DNA of 20,000 bases from Candidatus Rokuibacteriota bacterium (GTDB lineage Bacteria > JAUVQV01 > DATDCY01). Where the stretch lies: contig JANOHV010000005.1 in NCBI GenBank assembly GCA_031406795.1, positions 51,605-71,604 of the forward strand, read 5' to 3'. The translations under genes were made by a program, and so were the position numbers. Shown piece by piece: positions 7,314 to 15,327 of the stretch; positions within the stretch are counted from its first letter, which is position 1; the number at the start of each line of letters is the position of its first letter. Below the pieces are notes generated by a model. It was not told the DNA's origin and searched no databases. It saw only the letters and a list, made by a program, of their open reading frames with translations.

Positions 7314-8519
7314 TCAGTGTTTCCTCGAAGGGCGATCGTGCAGGCCCTTGAGGGCGATGCCCGACCCTGGCCCCGGCAGCGGCTGCGCGGGCTCTGAAAG
7401 CGTGAACTCCCCCGCGGCAATCCACTGCTTCAGCGTCGCGGCGATCGTGCGCGCCTTGGCGAAGCTCGAGAGCGAGACCGTCGGCACCTCGCGGCCCTGG
7501 ATCGTGATGCTGCCGCTGCGCAGCTGGGCGTAGCTGACCTCCCCGAGGCTGCGCGCGACCATCTCCGGATAGTCGTGGGAGTAATCCACGATCTGGGTCA
7601 CCAGGTCTTCGTCCCCGAGCGCGGCGTGGCGCATGACATCCTCGTCGAGGATCGGGATCGGCACCCCGACGCCCACCGCGAGGCTGACCCCGTAGCCCAT
7701 GAAGCTCACGCCGACGACGAACTCGGGCGACATCTGCTTGAGATCGCCGGTGACCGCGAGCGTCCCCGCCCCCCCCGTGGGCACCCCGAGCGCCGTGCGC
7801 CGCACCTCGGGGTTGTGCTGGGTCCCCGGGCCGACGACGTACCCGACGCCGCCGCCGAGGAAGATGCGCGTCCCGACCCCGATCGTGCGATAGAGCGGAT
7901 CCTTGAGCAGCGGAGAGAGCACGCCGGCGCTGCAGTAATTGGCGTTGCCGATGTTGGGCTTGAGGACTCCCATGTAGGTGTAGATCATCCGGTCGGAAAC
8001 GTTCACTGCACAGTTGTAGTTCTGGTAGCAGTTGCGCGGGTTGAAGAGATACGCCTCGTTGACCGTCTTGAGCGAGATCGTCGTTTCGATCTCCTTACGC
8101 GGGTAGCAGTCGGTGCCGTACCCGATTGCGCGCAGGCGCACTTCCTTGCCGGCCACGAGCTCCTGGATCACGTGCGCGCCGCCGTACGGGAACGACCCGG
8201 GGTAGACGCGGTTCTCGGGGTCGGACTCGGGCAGTTCCGTGGCGCCCAGGTAGCAATCGACCGCCGCAAGGCCGCAGTAGGCCTCGACGTCGTTGAACCA
8301 GGCCTTCTTCATCTTGATGCGGGGCTTGGTGTGCCCGGTGTTGACGATCGCCCCCGAGGAGCACATCGGCCCGAAGGTGCCGGTGGTGACCACGTCCACC
8401 TCGGCGGTGGCCTTGCGCAATCCCTTCTCCTTGACGAGCCGTGCGACCTCCTCGGCCGTCAGAACGACCGCCTGGCCCTTCCTGATCCTCTCGTTGATCT
8501 CGGCAACGGTGCGTTTCAT
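7314..8519 (-). CDS. DUF39/COG1900 homocysteine biosynthesis protein (L-aspartate semialdehyde sulfurtransferase, MA1821/MJ0100-like), without CBS domains
   Basis: RTVAEINERIRKGQAVVLTAEEV, EVDVVTTGTFGPMCSSGA, GLAAVDCYLGATE, YGGAHVI, GTDCYPR, NPRNCYQNY, SPLLKDP, TIGVGTRIFLGGG, GTQHNP. Confidence 0.93.
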   Translation of the reverse strand: MKRTVAEINERIRKGQAVVLTAEEVARLVKEKGLRKATAEVDVVTTGTFGPMCSSGAIVNTGHTKPRIKMKKAWFNDVEAYCGLAAVDCYLGATELPESDPENRVYPGSFPYGGAHVIQELVAGKEVRLRAIGYGTDCYPRKEIETTISLKTVNEAYLFNPRNCYQNYNCAVNVSDRMIYTYMGVLKPNIGNANYCSAGVLSPLLKDPLYRTIGVGTRIFLGGGVGYVVGPGTQHNPEVRRTALGVPTGGAGTLAVTGDLKQMSPEFVVGVSFMGYGVSLAVGVGVPIPILDEDVMRHAALGDEDLVTQIVDYSHDYPEMVARSLGEVSYAQLRSGSITIQGREVPTVSLSSFAKARTIAATLKQWIAAGEFTLSEPAQPLPGPGSGIALKGLHDRPSRKH

Positions 8520-8588
8520 GGTCCGCCTTTCTCCCGCCGGACGGGCCCGCGTCCTCTTGCGGGTCTTCGTCCAGGTTGATAGACTTAA

Positions 8589-8617
8589 ACTTTACGAAAT
8601 AATACCGGAACTTGCAA
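8589..8617 (-). promoter_or_regulatory. Putative sigma70 promoter for the DUF39 operon
   Basis: Minus strand TTGCAA (8617-8612) - 17 nt - TAAAGT (8594-8589) in an AT-rich intergenic stretch. Confidence 0.6.
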
Positions 8618-8684
8618 GGTTGCTGACGCATCCAATACCAGAATACCGGCGATCAGCACAGGTGCAGAGATGCGAGGGAGGGTG

Positions 8685-9317
8685 ATGGGAAAAGTTGAGG
8701 TGCGCGCCCCCCGGTTCCCGGGGTGCTCCGCGGCGATCCTTGCCGGCGGGAAGAGTACGCGCATGGGGGCCAACAAGGCCCTTCTGGAGGTCGGCGGCAG
8801 CGGCATGCTTGGCCGCACGGCGCGGTTGCTGCGCCCCCTGGTCGACGAACTCTTCCTCGTGGCCGACGACGCCGCCCCCTATGCCGGGCTGGGGCTGCCG
8901 GTCATACCCGACGTGCACCCCGGACGCGGTGCCGCCGGCGGGATCCACGCCGCGCTGCAGCACGCGGCGCACCCGCTGGTCCTGTGCGTCGCGTGCGACA
9001 TGCCGCACATCGCGCGCAGGGTGATCGAGCTGCTGCTGAACTCCGTTCGCCCCGATGACGACGCGCTGCTCCCCCGCATCGGCGGCCTGCCGGAGCCGCT
9101 GCTGGCCGTCTACGGCCGCAGCGCGCACGCGGGTTTCGAACGGGCGATCCGCGCCGGCCGCTACCGGGTGGTGGAAGCTCTCGAGGGCCTGCGCGTGCGT
9201 TACCTCGAAGAGCCGGAGTTGCGGGTCGCAGACGCCGCGCTGCGCAGCTTCGTCAACGTGAACACCCCGGGCGAACTCACCACCGCCCGCGTCGTTTCCA
9301 CGCAGGGGGAGCCGTGA
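8685..9317 (+). CDS. mobA: Molybdenum cofactor guanylyltransferase
   Basis: AAILAGGKSTRMGANKALL, VACDMP, PEPLLAVY, FVNVNTP motifs; start ATG 8685 (alternative 8670) after GAGGGAGG. Confidence 0.92.
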   Translation: MGKVEVRAPRFPGCSAAILAGGKSTRMGANKALLEVGGSGMLGRTARLLRPLVDELFLVADDAAPYAGLGLPVIPDVHPGRGAAGGIHAALQHAAHPLVLCVACDMPHIARRVIELLLNSVRPDDDALLPRIGGLPEPLLAVYGRSAHAGFERAIRAGRYRVVEALEGLRVRYLEEPELRVADAALRSFVNVNTPGELTTARVVSTQGEP

Positions 9318-10108
9318 CGGCGACGCACCCGCGGGCGCGCACACGCGCCGCCCGCCTCTGGCGGGACGGGGCTTTCAGCGCGGTCGAAGTCCCCGTCGCG
9401 CGGGAGATCCCCGTCAACCTCAGGCTCAACGGCCGGGAAATCATCACCCTGCTCGCGTCGGACGACGCCCTCGATTTTCTGGCCGCCGGGTTTCTCAAGG
9501 CGGAGGGTTTCGTCTCGCGCCGCGAGCAGATCGTCTCCATCAGGGTCGAACCCCGGGATGAGTCGGTGGATGTGGAGGCGACCGGGGTGGATACGCTCGC
9601 GGAGAAGCTGCTCGAGCGGCGGGCCGTAACCTCCGGTTGCGGCAAGGGAACGACGTTCACACACGCGATCGACGCGCTCCAGGCGCAGCCGGCGCCGGCG
9701 GGTCCGCAGGTGGACGCCGGCCAGCTCCGCCGGCTGATGCACGCCCTGTTGCGTGGTTCGGATCTCTACCGGGAATCCGGCGGCGTGCACAGCGCCGCAC
9801 TTGCCACCACCGACGCCATCGTGATCTTCCGCGATGACATCGGGAGACACAATGCCGTCGACAAGATCCACGGCGAGTGCTTCTTGCGGGATATCCCCGT
9901 CGGGGACAAGATCCTGCTCACCACCGGCCGCATCTCCTCCGAAATCCTCGTCAAGGCCGCCAAGCTCGGCGTGGCCGTCCTCGTGTCGCGCTCGAGCCCG
10001 ACCGACCTGGCACTGGAACTGGCCGGGCGCACCGGCATCACGGTGGTCGGCCAGGTCCGGGGCGGCGGCCTCACGATCTACACGGGGGAAGAGCGGGTGG
10101 GCGCATGA
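9314..10108 (+). CDS. fdhD: Formate dehydrogenase accessory sulfurtransferase
   Basis: TSGCGKG, GGVHSAAL, DDIGRHNAVDKIHG, TTGRISSEILVKAA, SRSSPTDLA; GTGA overlap with mobA. Confidence 0.95.
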   Translation: MTATHPRARTRAARLWRDGAFSAVEVPVAREIPVNLRLNGREIITLLASDDALDFLAAGFLKAEGFVSRREQIVSIRVEPRDESVDVEATGVDTLAEKLLERRAVTSGCGKGTTFTHAIDALQAQPAPAGPQVDAGQLRRLMHALLRGSDLYRESGGVHSAALATTDAIVIFRDDIGRHNAVDKIHGECFLRDIPVGDKILLTTGRISSEILVKAAKLGVAVLVSRSSPTDLALELAGRTGITVVGQVRGGGLTIYTGEERVGA

Positions 10109-10230
10109 ACATAGCGCGGGCGCTTCGCCCGCAAGGCTATGGAGGCTTCGGCCTGAGGACGCCGAAGTCTTACCATGCAGACAGGCACTGGGTCTGTTTC
10201 GCTGAAGAAGACAACTATTCTCGCGGATAA
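10105..10230 (+). CDS. Possible 41-aa bridge micro-ORF (MNIARALRPQGYGGFGLRTPKSYHADRHWVCFAEEDNYSRG)
   Basis: ATGA overlap with fdhD stop and TAATG overlap with ruvX start; no recognisable homology. Confidence 0.3.
   Translation: MNIARALRPQGYGGFGLRTPKSYHADRHWVCFAEEDNYSRG
10110..10197. repeat. Three consecutive hairpins (REP-like or terminator-like)
   Basis: CATAGC-GCGGGCG-CTT-CGCCCGC-AAG-GCTATG (10110-10141); AGGCTTCGGC/GCCGAAGTCT (10143-10170); GCAGAC/GTCTGT (10177-10197). Confidence 0.55.
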
Positions 10231-10697
10231 TGCAAATGTTGCCAAGAAATACTCTGCTGGCGCCGCCGGGGGGCCGCATCCTCGGGATCGACCCGGGCAC
10301 GAAGACCATCGGGCTGGCGGTGAGCGACGAGCTGTTCTTCGCGGCGCACGGCCTCCCGAGCATCCCGGCACGGCCGGCCGCGAAAGCGCTGGAGGCTATC
10401 AAAGCGCTGATTTCGGACTATACTGTGTACCAGATAGTGGTGGGGTTGCCGATGAACATGGACGGGAGCATCGGCCCCAGCGCGGAGGCAGCCCAGGGGT
10501 TTGCCCGCAGCCTCGAAGTTTTGCTCCCGGGAGGTGTGTGCATGATCGACGAACGTCTGACGACCGTGCAGGCCGAGCGCACGCTGATCGAGGCGGATGT
10601 CTCCCGGGCCAAGCGGCGCGGGCTGCGCGATCAGGTCGCGGCCGTGCTCATCCTGCAAAGTCACCTGGACAGCCGGGGCCATGCGTCTGGCGACTGA
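10230..10697 (+). CDS. ruvX: YqgF/RuvX family RNase H-fold nuclease (pre-16S rRNA processing)
   Basis: RILGIDPGTKTIGLAVSD, IVVGLPMNMDGS, IDERLTT, DQVAAVLILQ; start 10230 or 10236. Confidence 0.93.
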   Translation: MQMLPRNTLLAPPGGRILGIDPGTKTIGLAVSDELFFAAHGLPSIPARPAAKALEAIKALISDYTVYQIVVGLPMNMDGSIGPSAEAAQGFARSLEVLLPGGVCMIDERLTTVQAERTLIEADVSRAKRRGLRDQVAAVLILQSHLDSRGHASGD

Positions 10698-11730
10698 GTC
10701 CGGGCACGATGGCGCAGCCCGGCCGCACACCGGCGCGCCGCTGCTTTTCGCAACGCTGGGGAGCGGCCTGGCGCTGGCGCTGGCGCTGGCGCACCTGTTG
10801 CTGGTTGCGCCCGCCGGGACCGGTGACGGCCCGGCAGCGGTGCGCATCCCCGCCGGGGCGGACGTCCGGCAGATCGCACGCGCGCTGGCCGACGCCGGCG
10901 TCATCACCAGCCAGAAGACCTTCGTGCTGGCGGCCCGGCTGGCCGGGCTCGACCGGCGTCTGCATCCGGGCGATTACCAGCTCGACCCCGACATGAGTTT
11001 TCCGGCGCTGCTGCGCGCGCTCCGCGACGGGCGGGGCCGGACCGCCGCCGTGACCATTCCCGAGGGTTGGCGCCTCGAATCGATCGCCGAACGCCTCGCG
11101 AGTTCCGGCGTCTGCGAACGCGAGGCCTTCCTCGCGGCGGCCCGCGACCCGGCGCTGCTCGCCGAATTGTCGATCCCCGGCCCCAGCGCAGAGGGGTTCC
11201 TGTTCCCCGAGACGTACGCGCTGCGGCTCCCGAGTGCCCCGGCCGACGTGATCCGCGCCATGCACCGGCAGTTCGAGAAGATCTGGAACGAACTCGCCGC
11301 CAGCGCCCCGCCGGCGACGCTCTCGCCGCTGGCCGCGGTGACGCTCGCGAGCATCGTCGAGCGCGAGACCGCGGCGCCCGCCGAACGGCCCCTCGTGGCG
11401 GCCGTCTTCCTGAACCGGCTGCGGCTCGGGATGCCCTTGCAGGCCGACCCGACGGTCATCTACGGCCTGGAGGCGTTCGACGGCAACATCCGCAGCCGCG
11501 ACCTGGCATCGGCGAACCCCTACAACACGTACGTCATCCGCGGGCTCCCGCCGGGGCCGATCGCGAGCCCCGGACGCGCTTCGCTCGCCGCGGTGCTCAC
11601 CCCCGCCGCAGTGGACTATCTTTACTTCGTGGCCCGCAACGACGGCACGCACCAGTTCTCCCGCTCGCTGGCGGAGCACAACCGCGCCGTCCAGCGCTAC
11701 CAGCTCGCGGGGGGGAGGCGCCGCGGATGA
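10681..11730 (+). CDS. mltG: Endolytic transglycosylase MltG (YceG)
   Basis: N-terminal hydrophobic segment, TIPEGW, EGFLFPETY, LASIVERET, LQADPTVIYG, NPYNTY, GLPPGPIASPG, YLYFVA; typical ruvX-mltG synteny; ATG 10681 inferred. Confidence 0.93.
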   Translation: MRLATESGHDGAARPHTGAPLLFATLGSGLALALALAHLLLVAPAGTGDGPAAVRIPAGADVRQIARALADAGVITSQKTFVLAARLAGLDRRLHPGDYQLDPDMSFPALLRALRDGRGRTAAVTIPEGWRLESIAERLASSGVCEREAFLAAARDPALLAELSIPGPSAEGFLFPETYALRLPSAPADVIRAMHRQFEKIWNELAASAPPATLSPLAAVTLASIVERETAAPAERPLVAAVFLNRLRLGMPLQADPTVIYGLEAFDGNIRSRDLASANPYNTYVIRGLPPGPIASPGRASLAAVLTPAAVDYLYFVARNDGTHQFSRSLAEHNRAVQRYQLAGGRRRG

Positions 11731-12470
11731 CCAGGCGCCTGCGCTTCGCCGCCGCACTGCTGGTCTGCGGCCTCATCGCCGCGGCCGCCCCGGCCCGGGC
11801 CACTCTGTACTCGTTCGTCGATGAGAACGGCGTCACGCACTACACGAACGTGCCGAGCGACCCGCGGTTCCGCAAGGTTCCCGGAAGCGCCCCGCCGCCC
11901 GCAGGCCGCTCCGGCTCCGCCAGCCTGACCGCGGAGAAGTACGAAACCGAGATCGCCCGGTGCGCCGACGACCACGGGGTGGACAGCGCGTTGGTGAAAG
12001 CGGTCATCAAGGCCGAGTCCAACTACGACAACCGCGCCATCTCGCGCGCCGGGGCCCAGGGCCTGATGCAGCTGATGCCCGCGACCGCGAGGCTGCGCAA
12101 CGTCGACAATCCCTTCAACCCGGAGCAGAATATCGACGGCGGGGTGCGCCACCTCAAGCACCTGCTGAAGACCTTCAACGGCGACACCAAGCTCGCGCTG
12201 GCGGCCTACAATGCCGGCGAGAACGCGGTGCGCAAGTACAACAACAGCGTGCCCCCGTACCCGGAGACGAAGAACTACGTCTCCACGGTGCTCTCGCACT
12301 ACGGGCGCTACAGCGGGCTGGTTCCGGGTGCCGGGGCGGGCCCGATCGCCGCGGCGCCCCAGACCGCCCGGATCCAGGAGTTCGTGAACGCCGAGGGCAC
12401 CCGGGTCTTCACGAACGTCCCCTGGAAGTACCTGGAAGCGCCGGGCTGGCAGCGGGAGCAGTCCCGGTGA
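11727..12470 (+). CDS. SLT-family lytic transglycosylase with signal peptide and DUF4124-like motifs
   Basis: ATG 11727 (ATGA overlap); signal peptide ending APARA; VIKAESNY, GAQGLMQLMP, ALAAYNAG, PPYPETKNYV. Confidence 0.92.
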   Translation: MTRRLRFAAALLVCGLIAAAAPARATLYSFVDENGVTHYTNVPSDPRFRKVPGSAPPPAGRSGSASLTAEKYETEIARCADDHGVDSALVKAVIKAESNYDNRAISRAGAQGLMQLMPATARLRNVDNPFNPEQNIDGGVRHLKHLLKTFNGDTKLALAAYNAGENAVRKYNNSVPPYPETKNYVSTVLSHYGRYSGLVPGAGAGPIAAAPQTARIQEFVNAEGTRVFTNVPWKYLEAPGWQREQSR

Positions 12471-13054
12471 TCACCGCGAACAACATCACGCTGCTGCGCA
12501 TCGTCCTGATCCCGCTGCTGCTGGTTTTCATGGTGCCCGACCACGTCGTCGACCGCTGGATCGCGCTGGCGATCTTCCTGCTGGCCTCGGCGACGGACTG
12601 GCTCGACGGCTATGTCGCCCGCAGCCGCGGCCAGGTCACCAATCTCGGCAAGCTGCTCGACCCGGTGGCGGACAAGCTGCTCGTGACCGCAGCGCTGCTG
12701 CCGCTGGTGCGCAAAGAACTCGTGCCGGACTTCATGGCCGCGCTGCTGATCGGCCGCGAATTCCTTGTCAGCGGCCTGCGCAGCGTGGCTTCGGCCGAAG
12801 GCGTGGTCATCCCCGCCGGTCAGGTGGGCAAGTGGAAGATGGGAATGAGCATCACCGCGATCTCCTTCCTGATCGTCACGCCCCGCAATCCGGCCAATAC
12901 CTGGCCGCCGTGGGTCCCCGACGGCACCTACTTCCTGCTCGGCACGGTCTTTCTCTGGGTGACACTCGCGCTCTCGGTCGGGAGCGCCGCGCTGTACTTC
13001 TGGGAGTTCCGGCACTTCTACCGCCCGAGCAAGGAGCCCCCCGCCGCCCCATGA
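12467..13054 (+). CDS. pgsA: CDP-diacylglycerol--glycerol-3-phosphate 3-phosphatidyltransferase
   Basis: GTG 12467 (GTGA overlap); ANNITLLRIVLIP, TDWLDGYVAR...LGKLLDPVADK CDP-alcohol motif, REFLVSGLR, GKWK. Confidence 0.92.
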   Translation: MITANNITLLRIVLIPLLLVFMVPDHVVDRWIALAIFLLASATDWLDGYVARSRGQVTNLGKLLDPVADKLLVTAALLPLVRKELVPDFMAALLIGREFLVSGLRSVASAEGVVIPAGQVGKWKMGMSITAISFLIVTPRNPANTWPPWVPDGTYFLLGTVFLWVTLALSVGSAALYFWEFRHFYRPSKEPPAAP

Positions 13055-13068
13055 GACGGCCGCGTTGA
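13051..13068 (+). other. 5-codon bridge micro-ORF (MRRPR)
   Basis: ATG AGA CGG CCG CGT TGA; ATGA overlap with pgsA stop, TTGA overlap with the TTG start of the next GT. Confidence 0.35.
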
Positions 13069-14180
13069 GGATCGGCATCGACGCGCGGCTGGCGGCTGCT
13101 CCACGCACGGGAATCGGCAGCTACACTGCAAGTCTGGTCGCCGCGCTCGCACGCAGCGGCGGGGCCGACCAGTTCGTGCTCTTCTCCGACGAGCCGCTGC
13201 CCGGACTCCCGGGCGAGCGCTTCGCGAACGCCGTGCTGCCGGTGAAGCACCGCCTGCTCTGGACGTTCGGCGCGCTGCCGGGGGCCTGCCGGGCGCGCCG
13301 GCTCGACCTCTTCCACGGCACGACGAACTTCGAGGTGCCCGCCTTCGCCGGCTGCCCGCTCGTGGCCACGGTGCACGATCTGATCCCGCTGCGCTGCCCC
13401 GGGGCCGTCTCGCCGCAGTACCGGCTGCTCTTCCGCGCGCTGATCGGCCGCGCGCTGCGGGCCGCCCGCTACGTGATGACGGACGCCGAGTACACGCGGC
13501 GCGAGATCCTGGCCGGCTTCGCCGTGGCCCCGCACAAGGTGGTGACGGTGCCGCTGGCCGCCGGGCCGGCCTTCGCCCCCGACCCCGACCCGGAGGGGCG
13601 GCGGCGGGTGCGCGCGCGCCACGGGCTCGGGGAGCGCTATCTGCTCTTCGTCAGCGTCTTCGAGCCGCGCAAGAACATCCCGCTCCTCGTCGACGCCTTC
13701 GAGATCTTCCGGCGCGAGTACCCGCACGGGCCGGCGTTCCAGCTGGCGCTCGCCGGGGGCGCCGGCTGGCGCGGCGCGGAAATCGCCGAGGCGGTGCGCC
13801 GGCGCGGCCTCGACCCGGCGGTGAGACTGCTCGGCTACGTCCCCGACGAGGACCTGCCGTGGCTCTACCGCGGCGCCGAACTCGCGGTCGTCCCATCGCA
13901 GTACGAGGGCTTCGGCCTCTCCGCGCTCGAGGCGATGGCCTGCGGGACGCCGGTGCTCGCCGCCGACGCCACGACCCTGCCCGAAGTCGTCGGCGACGCC
14001 GGCGAACTGTTCGCGCCCGGCGACCCGGAGCTGCTCGCGCGCCGGATCGCCGAGATCACCGCCGCCCCGGTGTACCGCGCCGCGATGCGCGAGCGCGGGC
14101 TCGCCCGCGCCGCCGGCTTCTCCTGGGACCGCGTCGCGCGGGCGGTGCTCGACGTCTACCGGGAGGCCGTCCGCGCATGA
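13065..14180 (+). CDS. GT4 glycosyltransferase (MtfB/WbdB-like, probable mannosyltransferase)
   Basis: TTG start; MRIGIDAR...TGIGSY, TVHDLIPL, EPRKN, PSQYEGFGLSALEAMACGTPV, FSWD. Confidence 0.92.
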   Translation: MRIGIDARLAAAPRTGIGSYTASLVAALARSGGADQFVLFSDEPLPGLPGERFANAVLPVKHRLLWTFGALPGACRARRLDLFHGTTNFEVPAFAGCPLVATVHDLIPLRCPGAVSPQYRLLFRALIGRALRAARYVMTDAEYTRREILAGFAVAPHKVVTVPLAAGPAFAPDPDPEGRRRVRARHGLGERYLLFVSVFEPRKNIPLLVDAFEIFRREYPHGPAFQLALAGGAGWRGAEIAEAVRRRGLDPAVRLLGYVPDEDLPWLYRGAELAVVPSQYEGFGLSALEAMACGTPVLAADATTLPEVVGDAGELFAPGDPELLARRIAEITAAPVYRAAMRERGLARAAGFSWDRVARAVLDVYREAVRA

Positions 14181-14230
14181 GCGGGCACCAGGGCGCAGTG
14201 CGGTGCGGGCGCGCGAGGCGGACCCCGTGA
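14177..14230 (+). other. 17-codon bridge micro-ORF (MSGHQGAVRCGRARRTP)
   Basis: ATGA overlap with upstream GT stop (14177-14180), GTGA overlap with downstream GT start (14227-14230). Confidence 0.35.
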
Positions 14231-15327
14231 GGATCGGCATCGACGCCCGCAAGGCCGCCGACTACGGCATCGGCACGCACGTGCGCAACCTCGTGCACCG
14301 GCTGGTCCGCCTCGACCGTTCGGCGGAGTGGGTCCTCTTCCACCGCCCCGGCGACGAGGGGCTGCTCCCGGCCGGCGAACGGATCAGGCGGGTGCCGGAA
14401 AGCTCAGGCGGCTACTCGTTCGGCGAGTTGACGGCCCTTTCCGCGAAGGCGCGGGAGCTGCGCCTGGAGCTCTACCACGCGCCGCACTACGTCCTGCCCC
14501 TGCGCCTGCCCTGCCCGTCTGTCGTGACGATTCACGATGTCATCCACCTGACGGCGCCGGAATTCCGCGGACCGCGCCGCCTCTACGCCCGGCTGATGAT
14601 CGGCCGCGCGGTGCGTGCCGCGGCGCGGGTCATCACCGTCTCGCACGCCTCCGAGCGGGAAATCCTGCGCCAGTTCCCGAAACTGCACCCCCGGATCGAG
14701 GTCATCCCGAACGGCGTCGAGGAAATCTTCCACCCACGCCCGGCGGGCGAGGCCACGGCATTCGTCAAGGAGGCCTTCGGTATCGCGGGGCCGTACCTGC
14801 TCTTCGTCGGCAACCCCAAAGGCCACAAGAACCTCGGCCTGCTCCTCGAAGGGTTCGTCAAGCTCGCGCGGCGCTACCCCGCGCTGCACCTGCTTCTGGT
14901 CGGCGGCGACGAGCGACAGCGCCGCGCGCTGGCGAAGCGCACCCGCCAGCTCGGCATCGCCGGGCGCACGCGCCTTGCCGCGCCCGTGGACCAGGAGGCG
15001 CTCGCCCGGCTGTACGCCGCGGCGGCCACCTTCGTCTTCCCCTCGCGCCGCGAGGGCTTCGGTCTCCCGCCGCTGGAGGCCATGGCCTGCGGCACGCCGG
15101 TGGCCGCGTCGTCGAGCCCTTCCCTGCCCGAGGTCCTCGGGCCGGCCGCCGCCTACTTCTCCCCCGAGAGCTCCGATTCGCTCGTCGAGGCGATCTGCCG
15201 GGTCCTCGACGACTCCGCGCTGCGCGAACGGCTCGTGCACCTCGGCATCGAGCGCGCCCGGCTCTACTCGTGGGACGACGCGGCGCGGCGCACGCTCGCG
15301 CTCTATCGGGAGGTGCTGGCGTCGTGA
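14227..15327 (+). CDS. GT4 glycosyltransferase (MtfB/WbdB-like), paralog of 13065..14180
   Basis: GTG 14227 giving MRIGIDARKAADYGIGT; TIHDVIHL, VGNPKGHKN, PSRREGFGLPPLEAMACGTPV, YSWD. Confidence 0.92.
   Translation: MRIGIDARKAADYGIGTHVRNLVHRLVRLDRSAEWVLFHRPGDEGLLPAGERIRRVPESSGGYSFGELTALSAKARELRLELYHAPHYVLPLRLPCPSVVTIHDVIHLTAPEFRGPRRLYARLMIGRAVRAAARVITVSHASEREILRQFPKLHPRIEVIPNGVEEIFHPRPAGEATAFVKEAFGIAGPYLLFVGNPKGHKNLGLLLEGFVKLARRYPALHLLLVGGDERQRRALAKRTRQLGIAGRTRLAAPVDQEALARLYAAAATFVFPSRREGFGLPPLEAMACGTPVAASSSPSLPEVLGPAAAYFSPESSDSLVEAICRVLDDSALRERLVHLGIERARLYSWDDAARRTLALYREVLAS

Noticed and set aside
6539-7420. Apparent 294-aa N-terminal extension of NifS (ORF 5384..7420)
   Set aside because: Overlaps the ferredoxin and DUF39 genes in another frame; canonical MKPVYLDHNATT start with SD at 6538
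10768-10791. (CTGGCG)x4 tandem repeat
   Set aside because: Encodes LALALALA in the MltG membrane anchor; in-frame low complexity
11067-15323. Long N-terminal extensions on slt, pgsA and the third GT in the ORF track (11067, 11960, 14328 starts)
   Set aside because: Arg/Pro-rich off-frame translations of upstream genes; real starts lie at the ATGA/GTGA overlaps
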